39,313 nucleotides of DNA from positions 1 to 39,313 of the forward strand of contig CAJTXC010000002.1 of the NCBI GenBank assembly GCA_910580135.1, written 5' to 3'. This DNA is from an uncultured Bacilli bacterium (GTDB lineage: Bacteria > Bacillota_I > Bacilli_A > RF39 > UBA660). Below, in pieces: positions 26,011 to 35,240 of the stretch (position 1 is the stretch's first letter; every line of letters starts with the position of its first letter). The position numbers and the translations under genes are program-made. Under the pieces are notes generated by a model. The model was not told the origin of the DNA. It saw nothing but the letters and a program-made list of their open reading frames with translations, and did not search any database.

Positions 26011-27516
26011 ATGAAAGGAAATGCTAAATTATATTTACGATATAGCTCTTCTAGTCAAGACCCTCAAACTATAGAGGTACAAAGAAAGAAATGTCTTGAA
26101 TATGCTAAAAGATTAAATTTAAATGTTATTGGTGAGTATGTTGATGAAGCACAAACCGGAAGAAACGATAATAGAAAAGCATTTAAACAAATGCTAGAAG
26201 ACAGTAAAAGTGGAGATTTTCAATATATCATAGTTTTTAAATTGGATAGGTTTGCACGTTCAATGCAAGTAAGTATTAATAGTCAAGCAGAATTAGAGAA
26301 AAACGGTGTCGAGGTATTATCTACTTGTGAAGAACTACCTCATAATGCTAGTGGTAAATTCATGAAAGGTATCTATCAATTAGTAGCTGAATTCTACTCT
26401 AATGACTATGCAGAACGCATTAGTAATGGACTTGCAAACAACGCCTCTAAATCTCTAACAACAGGTAATAATGTTCCTTTAGGATTTAAAATAAATAAAG
26501 AAACAAAAGAATTTGAAATTGATGAGGTATACGCTCCAATAGTAAAAGAAATATTTGAACGTTACGCTAAAGGAGATACAGTTGTAGACATTACAAGTGA
26601 TTTGAATGAAAGAGGATATGTAACTAAAAAAGGAAATAAATTTAATAAAAATAGCTTACATCGTATGCTTGTTAATGAGAAATATATAGGTATTTATATA
26701 TACAAAGGTCAAATTATGCCTAAACGTATACCTAGAATAATAAGTGATGAGTTATTTAATGAAGTACAAGAGGTAATGGAAAAGAACAAAAAAGCACCAG
26801 CTAGACAAAAAGCGTTTACAGAATATTTATTAACACAAAAACTGTTTTGTGGATATTGTAAAGAAATGATGACAGGTTACTCAGCTAAGAAGAAATACAA
26901 CTATTATGGATGTAAGGGAAAAAAACAACATAAGTGTAACAAATTACCGGTTCATAAGGATTTTATAGAAGATTTAGTGTTTGATGAAACTAAGAACTTC
27001 TTAAATAATCAAAAAAATATAGATATGATAATTAAAGAAATTGAAAATATCGCTAAAAGAGAACGTGATGATAGAGGTTTAAAAGAGTTTAAAAAACAAC
27101 TTAAAACAGAACAAAGAAAAAAAGAAAATCTATTAAACGCACTAGCTAATTGTAGTGATGAAGACATAAGACAGGATATATACGAAAAAATGGGTTCAAT
27201 AAAAGCTAGTATTGAACGTATAACATTTGAAATTTCTAAAATTGAAACTCCAATAGATACTATGCTACTAGATAAAATAAACTTTGTTATAGAGGAGATG
27301 AAAAATGGAAATATCAAGGATATAAAGTTCAAGAAACTACTAATTAATATGTTTATAAGTGAAATTTACTTATATGATGATATGGTTACTATTGTATTTT
27401 TAACAACAAAAAAGAAGAACATTAAGTTCTCCGATGATTTATTAAAACAAACTAAAAGTTTGTTTAATACTACTATGGTGGAGCTGACGAGAGTCGAACT
27501 CGTGTCCGAAAAATAG
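26011..27516 (+). CDS. Large serine recombinase (integrase of the element)
   Basis: 501 aa. AKLYLRYSSSSQ catalytic region, KLDRFARS, a recombinase domain, the zinc ribbon CGYCKEMM...YYGCKGKKQHKC and a coiled coil. The last 41 nt overlap ssrA. Confidence 0.9.
   Translation: MKGNAKLYLRYSSSSQDPQTIEVQRKKCLEYAKRLNLNVIGEYVDEAQTGRNDNRKAFKQMLEDSKSGDFQYIIVFKLDRFARSMQVSINSQAELEKNGVEVLSTCEELPHNASGKFMKGIYQLVAEFYSNDYAERISNGLANNASKSLTTGNNVPLGFKINKETKEFEIDEVYAPIVKEIFERYAKGDTVVDITSDLNERGYVTKKGNKFNKNSLHRMLVNEKYIGIYIYKGQIMPKRIPRIISDELFNEVQEVMEKNKKAPARQKAFTEYLLTQKLFCGYCKEMMTGYSAKKKYNYYGCKGKKQHKCNKLPVHKDFIEDLVFDETKNFLNNQKNIDMIIKEIENIAKRERDDRGLKEFKKQLKTEQRKKENLLNALANCSDEDIRQDIYEKMGSIKASIERITFEISKIETPIDTMLLDKINFVIEEMKNGNIKDIKFKKLLINMFISEIYLYDDMVTIVFLTTKKKNIKFSDDLLKQTKSLFNTTMVELTRVELVSEK
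27473..27487. repeat. attR core (CTATGGTGGAGCTGA), the 3' ACCA/acceptor end of tmRNA
   Basis: 14/15 identical to 14386-14400. Confidence 0.75.
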
Positions 27517-27841
27517 TCCACTATAGCCTCTACAAGTTTAGTTAGTAATTAAGGTTTAATTAAATGATAAAGGTAACTAACATACCCACCATATAACGAG
27601 TTTAGTAAAATTCATTACTCTTTCCTAAACAAAAAGAATAGTATAACTCACTAAAATTGAGCCTCTTTAAAAGCACGTGAGTAAAACTTAAAAAGAAGCG
27701 CTTTCTCTATTAGAGACTAGGCAGCACAAGCTGCGAAAGCATAATTATTTGTTTTGTTATTTATTTTTTGTTTGCACGTAAGGAGTGCCTTCCACTTGCA
27801 ACTATAGATTCATCTTTTTCGTCGAAACCAATAACAGCCCC
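27476..27841 (-). ncRNA. ssrA: tmRNA (transfer-messenger RNA)
   Basis: The minus strand starts GGGGCTGTTATTGGTTTCGACG and ends GGACACGAGTTCGACTCTCGTCAGCTCCACCA (T-arm, acceptor with G3-U, CCA), 366 nt in all. The only Ala-rich frame ends ...KTNNYAFAACAA-TAG. smpB lies 2 kb away. Confidence 0.9.
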
Positions 27842-27860
27842 ATAAATAAATAACATACAT

Positions 27861-27869
27861 ATTATAGCA
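27861..27869 (-). promoter_or_regulatory. Extended -10 (TGcTATAAT) upstream of ssrA
   Basis: The minus strand reads GTGCTATAAT 20 nt before the mature 5' end. The precursor would be trimmed by RNase P. Confidence 0.5.
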
Positions 27870-27887
27870 CATTTTAATAAATTTTAA

Positions 27888-27916
27888 TTGTTAAATTTTG
27901 ACATATTTTGTATAAT
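27888..27916 (+). promoter_or_regulatory. Promoter TTGTTA-17-TATAAT
   Basis: Plus-strand hexamers with a 17-nt spacer, upstream of the 27933 CDS. Confidence 0.45.
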
Positions 27917-27932
27917 TAGTTTAGGTGATATT

Positions 27933-29258
27933 ATGAAGAAGAACGATAAAACAGAAGTGTTAAACTTAGAAGTATTAAAATCAAAGGAAAAGAAGGATAG
28001 AAAAGTCTTATTTTTTAGAATTTTACCATTAATAATGATACCTTTTCTATTTGTGTTAACAATTATTTCTACTCATTCTACAAGATTGGTAATAATACCC
28101 ATTAATTATTTAGTTTATATATTATTATCTTTATTTATATATCTATTAATAACTAGTTTTTTCGTTATCAAAAGAAAAGAAAAAATAAAGTTAACTAAAA
28201 AGAAAAAAGTAAAAAAAATAGTTTTAATTTCAACATTAACATTATACATACTTGGATGTGCATCAGGATTATTCTTACTATATGGTCCATACGATAAATT
28301 TAGAACCTGGTTTATATCAACATCAATGAGCACTATGAATCATCAATACATATGTAAATGGTTTTATAGTGATGAAGAAATTAATAAGGTTATAAAAAAC
28401 AATTATTTAATAGAAGTTGATGAAGAAACTAATACTGATTTAATTAATATGGAAGAAGAAACTTATGCTAACGAATACGAAAAACAAATTTTGCAAAGGG
28501 ATAAAGACGCCGATTATAAAATAATAGAGCTAGAGGTAAACGGACAAAAGGCTTATTTAGCTGCTATATATGATCCAAGTAAAGTAAAAGCTGCTGTTTC
28601 TAGAAGTGTTGGAACATACGGACAATATGCTACCAAAATCGCAGAAGATAATAAAGCTATACTTGCAACTAATGGTGGAGGCTTTAGTAATGCACCTGGA
28701 AATCAAACAGGTGGTCGTCCAATAGGTGTTACCATTGTAAATGGAAAAGTAATAACGGATAATAATTATGGTATTGATAATCAAGCTGGTGGCTTAATTG
28801 GTATGACTTATGATAATAAATTAGTTTTAATCAAAAATGCTAGTGCCGCGAAAGCTAGAAGTATGAATGTACGTGATGGTGTAACATGGGGACCATTCCT
28901 AATAGTAAATGGTAAAAAGTCATTTATCAAAGGTAATGGTGGATGGGGATATGCCGCTAGAACAGCAATTGGACAAAGAAGTGATGGTATAATATTATTA
29001 CTCGTTGTAAATAGTAATTCTACAAGAACAAAAGGTGCAAACATGTCAGATTTAACCGAAATAATGAGTAACTATGGTGCTGTTAATGCCGCTAATTTAG
29101 ATGGAGGAACTTCATCAGTTATGGTTTTACCTAAAAAAGAAGCTATAAAATATAAAAGTTCATGCGTAGATAATTATTGTTATATAAATGATCCTGTCGA
29201 TTCTGCATTACAACATAAAACCCGTGGTATACCTTCTACAATAATTGTTACAAAATAA
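27933..29258 (+). CDS. Phosphodiester glycosidase family protein (membrane-anchored, NAGPA-like domain)
   Basis: N-terminal TM segments, then ATNGGGF, GRPIGVTIVNG and NLDGGTSS motifs. ATG at 27933 with SD AGGTGA is preferred over the TTG at 27888. Confidence 0.7.
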   Translation: MKKNDKTEVLNLEVLKSKEKKDRKVLFFRILPLIMIPFLFVLTIISTHSTRLVIIPINYLVYILLSLFIYLLITSFFVIKRKEKIKLTKKKKVKKIVLISTLTLYILGCASGLFLLYGPYDKFRTWFISTSMSTMNHQYICKWFYSDEEINKVIKNNYLIEVDEETNTDLINMEEETYANEYEKQILQRDKDADYKIIELEVNGQKAYLAAIYDPSKVKAAVSRSVGTYGQYATKIAEDNKAILATNGGGFSNAPGNQTGGRPIGVTIVNGKVITDNNYGIDNQAGGLIGMTYDNKLVLIKNASAAKARSMNVRDGVTWGPFLIVNGKKSFIKGNGGWGYAARTAIGQRSDGIILLLVVNSNSTRTKGANMSDLTEIMSNYGAVNAANLDGGTSSVMVLPKKEAIKYKSSCVDNYCYINDPVDSALQHKTRGIPSTIIVTK

Positions 29259-29284
29259 AAGATTCCACTAAAGGAATCTTTTTT
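29257..29284. terminator. Bidirectional terminator between convergent genes
   Basis: AAAAGATTCC-ACTAAA-GGAATCTTTT forms a perfect 10-bp stem with flanking T/A runs. Confidence 0.65.
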
Positions 29285-29780
29285 AATCTTCGCATGTAGC
29301 CCCTAATGATTTATACATTGTTTTTAATCCATTAACCGTTAATTCATTATTACTATTCATAGCTGCTTTTATTGCTGTATTATCATCACTAAACTTTTTA
29401 AGATCCATCTTTGAATAATCTATTTCAACATCTGCACTAACAGCATTACTATCCTTAACAATTTCATACTTGTATCCACCATACTCTTTATTATATTTTT
29501 CATAAGTAGAATTAAGTGTTGTCTCGAAATAATCTAATATTGATTCTTGTTCACTTGATACAACCTCTTTTGTCTTAACACTTTTAACAGCATCACCTTT
29601 AGTATAAATATTGTATTCGGATTTGATTTCATAGCCATTAGCTAAATTGTTTTGACTAGAAATACATTTTATAATCTTTTCTTCTTCAGATTTAATACCA
29701 CAGCCACAAAGTATAGTAACTACTAATAATACCACTACTAATTTTAAAAACTTTTTCACTTTATTCTCTCCTTCTGACAC
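29283..29780 (-). CDS. Putative lipoprotein
   Basis: 165 aa. Signal sequence KKFLKLVVVLLVVTILCGCG has a lipobox-like LCGC. Confidence 0.6.
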   Translation of the reverse strand: MSEGENKVKKFLKLVVVLLVVTILCGCGIKSEEEKIIKCISSQNNLANGYEIKSEYNIYTKGDAVKSVKTKEVVSSEQESILDYFETTLNSTYEKYNKEYGGYKYEIVKDSNAVSADVEIDYSKMDLKKFSDDNTAIKAAMNSNNELTVNGLKTMYKSLGATCED

Positions 29781-29802
29781 AATTATAACACAAAAGCACG
29801 AA

Positions 29803-30243
29803 TTAGTATCGTGCTTTTATCTTATCTAAATCTCTTTTAATATCTTTTTCTTTTATTGATTGTCTTTTATCATAAAGTTTCTTACCTTTAGCTACACCAA
29901 GTAATATTTTAGCTTTGCCATTTTTTAAATATAGCTTAACAGGAACTAAAGAATAGCCTTCTTTATCTACTTTATCTCTTATTTTATATATTTCTTTTTT
30001 ATGTAAAAGAAGCTTTCTTTCTCTTCTTTCATCATGGTTAAATCTATTTCCTTCTTCGTAAGTAGATATAAACATATTAGTTAAAAATATTTCTCCATTT
30101 TTAACCCTAGCATAACTATCTTTTAAATTGGCACTTCCTTTTCTAATCGATTTTATTTCTGTACCAGTTAAAACTATACCAGTTTCATATGTATCTTCTA
30201 TAAAGTAATCAAAGCTTGCTTTTTTGTTTTTTATTTCTATCAT
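29803..30243 (-). CDS. smpB: SsrA-binding protein SmpB
   Basis: [41 protein letters not shown]...[12 protein letters not shown]. The start overlaps the upstream stop (TAATG-type overlap, 1 nt shared). Confidence 0.95.
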   Translation of the reverse strand: MIEIKNKKASFDYFIEDTYETGIVLTGTEIKSIRKGSANLKDSYARVKNGEIFLTNMFISTYEEGNRFNHDERRERKLLLHKKEIYKIRDKVDKEGYSLVPVKLYLKNGKAKILLGVAKGKKLYDKRQSIKEKDIKRDLDKIKARY

Positions 30244-31421
30244 TATTTCACCTCTACTATATCAGAGTATCTGGTTAACACAGATTTATACTTATTATAA
30301 TATGTTTCATAATTATTTAAAAGACTATTATCAAGTTTTGTATATGGATATATTTTAAAATTACTACTTCCCTTAAAATATGTATAAGTTAAATCCGCTT
30401 TAATATCATTAAATGTTATTTTACCTTCTTTATCTTTATTAATGTTTAATGAAACAATAGCACCTGTTTGTTTATCTTTTGTATCTTGTGCAGATATAAA
30501 GTTTCCTAATGCATAAAACACTAAAGTATCATCAATCATTTCTACTGGTTGCAAGCTATGAGCGTGATTTCCTATTACAAGGTTTACTCCCATTTCAGAT
30601 AATTCTTTTGCAACTTGTTTTTGATTACTACTTGGATTTGTTGTATATTCTTCTCCCCAGTGCATAGAAACAATTATTAAGTCTGCCTTGTCCTTTACTT
30701 TATCGATGTCTTTTTGAACCTTTTCTTTTGAATAAATATTGGTTAAATATTCTTTACCAGAAGGCGGAAGTAATCCATTGGTAACCGTTGTGTATGCAAA
30801 AAACGCATACTTAATACCGTTTTTTTCTAATACTTTAATATTACTTTCTCTATCTTCAAAAGATAAGGCTTCTCCAGTATAATAAACGCCTGGCTTAGTT
30901 TTCCAGTAATTCACTGAATTTATTACACCTTGTTCTCCTTTATCCATGGTATGGTTATTTGCTAAACTAACTAAATTAAATCCAAGATTTACCATGTCAT
31001 CTCCAATTTCTTCTGGAGAATTAAACCTAGGATAGGCAGATAGTCCCAAACTTTTACCACCAATATTACTTTCTTGGTTATAAAAAGCTAGATCATGACC
31101 TTTTATTAAAGGCTCTACTTCAGTAAACATTTTACTAAATGAGTAAGTACCATCACCATTTGAGGCATCGGTATAAACAAACCTATGAATTAAACAATCT
31201 CCTACCATAACCATAGAAAGAGAGTTTGATTCCTCTTCCTTTTTTGTAGTGGTAGTAATTATTTTCTCTTTTTTTGATTCTAGAGTTTTTTTATCATTTT
31301 TAAAGTGTACATATACCTTTATACCAATAAATAAAATAATAATTAATATTAATATGGCTAAAGTTACTTTAATCCATTTCTTTAACTTTCTTTTCTTCTT
31401 TACTTCTTGCATCCTCTTCAC
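30243..31421 (-). CDS. CapA/PGA_cap family metallophosphoesterase-like protein, membrane anchored
   Basis: N-terminal [26 protein letters not shown] and GNHAHSLQP motifs. Confidence 0.75.
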   Translation of the reverse strand: MKRMQEVKKKRKLKKWIKVTLAILILIIILFIGIKVYVHFKNDKKTLESKKEKIITTTTKKEEESNSLSMVMVGDCLIHRFVYTDASNGDGTYSFSKMFTEVEPLIKGHDLAFYNQESNIGGKSLGLSAYPRFNSPEEIGDDMVNLGFNLVSLANNHTMDKGEQGVINSVNYWKTKPGVYYTGEALSFEDRESNIKVLEKNGIKYAFFAYTTVTNGLLPPSGKEYLTNIYSKEKVQKDIDKVKDKADLIIVSMHWGEEYTTNPSSNQKQVAKELSEMGVNLVIGNHAHSLQPVEMIDDTLVFYALGNFISAQDTKDKQTGAIVSLNINKDKEGKITFNDIKADLTYTYFKGSSNFKIYPYTKLDNSLLNNYETYYNKYKSVLTRYSDIVEVK

Positions 31422-33522
31422 TACTTTCCTTCTTTACTTCAAAATCAATGAATGATTCTTCTTTAGATGCGCTTTTACATATAACTGTTATTTCATCACC
31501 AATTCTATATCTTTTCTTATGTTTTTGACCTACTAGAGACATAGTTCTTTCATCATAGTTATAATAGTCTCCACCAATATCACTAATGTGTACTAAACCT
31601 TCTATCATATTAGGAAGTGCTACGAACATACCAAATGATGTCACACCACTTATTGTTCCAGTAAATTCTTCTCCAACATGGTCCATCATGTACTCGGCCA
31701 TCTTCATGTCTTCCACTTCTCTTTCACACTCAATAGCATCTCTTTCTTTTAACGATGCATGTTCTGTTAAAACAGGTAAATATTCTTTAAAATAATCCAC
31801 CGTTTTTTTAGATTGGTCATTTTCGTATAAATACGTTCTAAGAAGTCTATGAACGGTTGTATCTGGAAATCTTCTAATTGGAGAAGTAAAATGAGTATAT
31901 ATTTTACTTGCAAGCCCAAAGTGTCCGATGTTTTCTGGTTGATATACTGCTTTTTGCATTGCTCTAAGCATTAATGAAGATAATATTTTATATTCTTTCT
32001 TATCTTTTAATTGATTTAAAATGTTTTGAATGGAAGATGAATACTGTATGTTTACTTTACCCGTTATTTTATAACCTAGCATACTTACAAAATTAATAAA
32101 ATCATTAACTTTTTCTTCTTTTGGAGTACCATGAACACGGTATACAAAAGGAAGTTCCATATAAAATACGTGAGCTGCAACTGTTTCATTAGCTGCTATC
32201 ATAAAGTCTTCTATCATCATTTCACCAGTACCACGTTCTCTTAAAATAACGTCTATTGGTTTACCTGTTTCATCTGCAATTATTTTAGCTTCATCAGTTC
32301 CAAAATCAATCGCTCCACGAGATTCTCTATTTTGTCTTATTATATCTGATAACTCTTTCATAAGTGTTAATTTTTCAGTAAAAGGTGCATAACCAACTTC
32401 CGTAATACCTTCTTCTAACCATTTATTAACCTTTTTATAAGTCATTTGAATGTTAGACTTTATAACACTTTCAAATATCTCATGAGATACAACATTACCT
32501 TTACTATCTATTTCCATAACGCAGCTTTGTGCTAAACGTTCCACGTTAGGATTTAAAGAACATATTCCGTTAGATAACTTATGTGGAAGCATAGGAATTA
32601 CTCTATCTACTAAATATACACTAGTACCTCTTTCATAAGCTTCATCATAAAGTTTAGTTCCTGGTTTAACATAGTATGATACATCTGCAATATGAACACC
32701 TAATTCATAATTACCATTATCAAGTTTTTTAATAGAAATAGCATCATCAATATCTTTTGTATCATCACCATCTATAGTAAATATTACTTCGTCAGTTAAA
32801 TCTCTTCTACCAACTTTATCTTCTTCTCTTACAACGTCTGGTATATCTTTTAATTCTTCTAACACTTCATCAGGAAACTTAGGTGAAAACATATGTTTAT
32901 AAACAATAGCTTCTATATCAACACCGACATCATTTTTATGACCAATAATGTTTGTTATTTCTGTTAGAACAGTTTCTCTATCTAATTCTTTTATAACGTT
33001 TGCAACAACTATATGACCATCTACGGCGTCTTTAGTGCTTTCTTTAGTTAATACTATAGTTTGCTTAAACTTTCTATCATTTACTTTAATTGTTGGTTTA
33101 CCGTCATTATAAATATACTCTCCAACTATTGGACCATAGAATCTAGAAGCAATACGTAAGACTCTTCCTTCTTTTTTTGCACCTGTATTCTTATTTGTTA
33201 TTTCAGCAATAACTAAATCTCCATCTACGGCTCCATTCAAGTGTTTACCATCAACGTGAATATCTTCTTCATCTTCCATTAAGATAAATCCAAAACCTTT
33301 TTCAGATACAGATATTTTTCCCTTTTTTAAATGACTATACTCAAAAGCCATATACTTATCTTTATTAGTATGATATATAGTTAAATTACTTTCTAACTCA
33401 TTTAGTACTTTTAACATAGACTCTATTTCTTCAGTTGTATTAAGTCCTAATATATCTTTAAGTTCAAAAGCAGTATATGCTCTTTCTTCTTCTTTTAAAA
33501 TATTTAATATTTTATCTTTCAT
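31369..33522 (-). CDS. rnr: Ribonuclease R
   Basis: RNB domain motifs (FTIDGDDTKDIDDAISI, RGTSVYL, HFGLAS..YTHFTSPIRRFPD) plus a C-terminal S1 domain and a Lys/Glu-rich tail. The start at 33522 has SD AGGTGA 7 nt upstream. Confidence 0.9.
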   Translation of the reverse strand: MKDKILNILKEEERAYTAFELKDILGLNTTEEIESMLKVLNELESNLTIYHTNKDKYMAFEYSHLKKGKISVSEKGFGFILMEDEEDIHVDGKHLNGAVDGDLVIAEITNKNTGAKKEGRVLRIASRFYGPIVGEYIYNDGKPTIKVNDRKFKQTIVLTKESTKDAVDGHIVVANVIKELDRETVLTEITNIIGHKNDVGVDIEAIVYKHMFSPKFPDEVLEELKDIPDVVREEDKVGRRDLTDEVIFTIDGDDTKDIDDAISIKKLDNGNYELGVHIADVSYYVKPGTKLYDEAYERGTSVYLVDRVIPMLPHKLSNGICSLNPNVERLAQSCVMEIDSKGNVVSHEIFESVIKSNIQMTYKKVNKWLEEGITEVGYAPFTEKLTLMKELSDIIRQNRESRGAIDFGTDEAKIIADETGKPIDVILRERGTGEMMIEDFMIAANETVAAHVFYMELPFVYRVHGTPKEEKVNDFINFVSMLGYKITGKVNIQYSSSIQNILNQLKDKKEYKILSSLMLRAMQKAVYQPENIGHFGLASKIYTHFTSPIRRFPDTTVHRLLRTYLYENDQSKKTVDYFKEYLPVLTEHASLKERDAIECEREVEDMKMAEYMMDHVGEEFTGTISGVTSFGMFVALPNMIEGLVHISDIGGDYYNYDERTMSLVGQKHKKRYRIGDEITVICKSASKEESFIDFEVKKESSEEDARSKEEKKVKEMD

Positions 33523-33591
33523 ATGCATTTCACCTATCTTTCTATATATATTATAGAACAAAAAAGGACTTTTAACCAAGCCCTTTTATTA

Positions 33592-33801
33592 TTACATGTC
33601 TATTATTATACATAAAACAAAGAAAAGTATTCCTAAAACGTACGTTAACCTAGTTATAAATAGTTCTCCACCACGTTCTTTTCTATTCATAAATAAATCG
33701 GCATTACCGCCAGTTATTATGTTTCCACTCTCTGCTTTTCCACTTTGTAAAAGTACGATAATAATAAGTAAAATAGATACAATCATTAATACTGTAAGCA
33801 T
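33592..33801 (-). CDS. secG: Preprotein translocase subunit SecG
   Basis: 69 aa, VSILLIIIVLLQSGKAESG. It occupies the conserved position upstream of rnr-smpB. Confidence 0.8.
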   Translation of the reverse strand: MLTVLMIVSILLIIIVLLQSGKAESGNIITGGNADLFMNRKERGGELFITRLTYVLGILFFVLCIIIDM

Positions 33802-33873
33802 AATAATTCCTCCTTAACTAATAGTTATTTTACCATATTATACGTAGAAAAACAATGATTTATTAAAAAAGAA

Positions 33874-35103
33874 CTAGTCTTCTAGCTCTTCTTCTATTCT
33901 GATTAATTGGTTATATTTACAAACTCTATCAGTTCTAGACATTGAACCAGTCTTAATTTGTCCTAAATCTAGCCCAACTGCTAAATCTGCAATTGTTGTA
34001 TCTTCTGTTTCACCACTTCTGTGAGAAATAATTGTTTTATAACCATTTTCTTTTGCAAGTTTAATAGTTTCTAATGTTTCGGTAATAGATCCTATTTGAT
34101 TTACTTTAAGAAGTATTGCGTTACCTGCTTTCATATCAATACCTTTTTGTAAACATTCTTTATTAGTAACAAATAAATCATCGCCTACTAATTGTACTTT
34201 ATCTCCCAATTCTTTAGTAATCTTGGCAAATGCTTCCCAGTCATTTTCGTCTACTGGATCTTCGATAGATATAATTGGATATTTACTTACTAATTCTTTA
34301 TAAAAATCAATAAGTTCATCAGAAGTTAAACATCTTCCTTCTCCTACTAAGTTATATTTACCATCTTCGTAGAATTCTGATGCTGCAACATCTATTCCAA
34401 GTTTAACGTCAACACCAGGTTCATAACCTGCTTTTTTAATAGCTTCCATTATAAGTTCAAAACCTTCGGTATTTGAGTCTAAATCTGGAGCAAAACCACC
34501 TTCATCACCAACACCAGTAGATAATCCTCTTTCATTTAAAACACTTTTTAAAGCATGAAATACTTCTGCTCCAACTTGTACTCTTTCTTTTATTGTATCT
34601 CTTTGAGGAATAATCATAAATTCTTGAAAGTCAAGCTTATTATCTGCATGAGCTCCACCATTTATTATGTTCATCATAGGTGCTGGAAGAGTTTTACCAT
34701 CACCAACATATTTATAAAGTGGCATACCTTTAGCTTTAGCAGCAGCTTTTAATACAGCCATAGAAACACCAAGGATAGCATTAGCACCTAAGTTACTCTT
34801 GGTTTTAGTACCATCAAGTTCAAGCATAGCAATATCTATCTTTTCTTGTTCAAATACATCCATACCAACTACAACTGGTTTAATCTTTTCGTTTACATTT
34901 TTAACGGCATTTAAAACTCCTTTACCACCAAATCTAGACTTATCTCCATCACGCATTTCAAGTGCTTCTCTTTCACCTGTTGAAGCTCCTGATGGAACAG
35001 CAGCACGGGCCTTAATTCCATTTTCTAAAACCACATCTACTTCAACAGTTGGATTTCCTCTAGAATCCAATATTTCTCTTGCTTTTACATCAACTATTTT
35101 CAT
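33874..35103 (-). CDS. eno: Enolase (phosphopyruvate hydratase)
   Basis: [24 protein letters not shown]..., [17 protein letters not shown]. Confidence 0.97.
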   Translation of the reverse strand: MKIVDVKAREILDSRGNPTVEVDVVLENGIKARAAVPSGASTGEREALEMRDGDKSRFGGKGVLNAVKNVNEKIKPVVVGMDVFEQEKIDIAMLELDGTKTKSNLGANAILGVSMAVLKAAAKAKGMPLYKYVGDGKTLPAPMMNIINGGAHADNKLDFQEFMIIPQRDTIKERVQVGAEVFHALKSVLNERGLSTGVGDEGGFAPDLDSNTEGFELIMEAIKKAGYEPGVDVKLGIDVAASEFYEDGKYNLVGEGRCLTSDELIDFYKELVSKYPIISIEDPVDENDWEAFAKITKELGDKVQLVGDDLFVTNKECLQKGIDMKAGNAILLKVNQIGSITETLETIKLAKENGYKTIISHRSGETEDTTIADLAVGLDLGQIKTGSMSRTDRVCKYNQLIRIEEELED

Positions 35104-35181
35104 ATTATATCCTACCTTTCTTACCTAAATATTATAACACTTAAACCATATTAAAATAAAGCCCTTATTACAATATGTAAA

Positions 35182-35211
35182 TTGACTTTAAAGTATGTTT
35201 TACGGTATAAT
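35182..35211 (+). promoter_or_regulatory. Promoter TTGACT-18-TATAAT
   Basis: Plus-strand hexamers at 35182-35187 and 35206-35211, upstream of the FemAB-family gene. Confidence 0.55.
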
Positions 35212-35240
35212 AATATCTTAGAATAAAAGGAGGGATTAAT

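Larger units (their letters stand above)
14396..27472. mobile_element. ~13.1 kb integrative element in ssrA (satellite/PICI-like or IME), serine-recombinase dependent
   Basis: Bounded by the 15-nt direct repeat. The recombinases lie next to the tmRNA 3' end. It carries a repressor/promoter switch, primase-helicase and ori, and I recognised no virion or conjugation genes. Confidence 0.75.
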
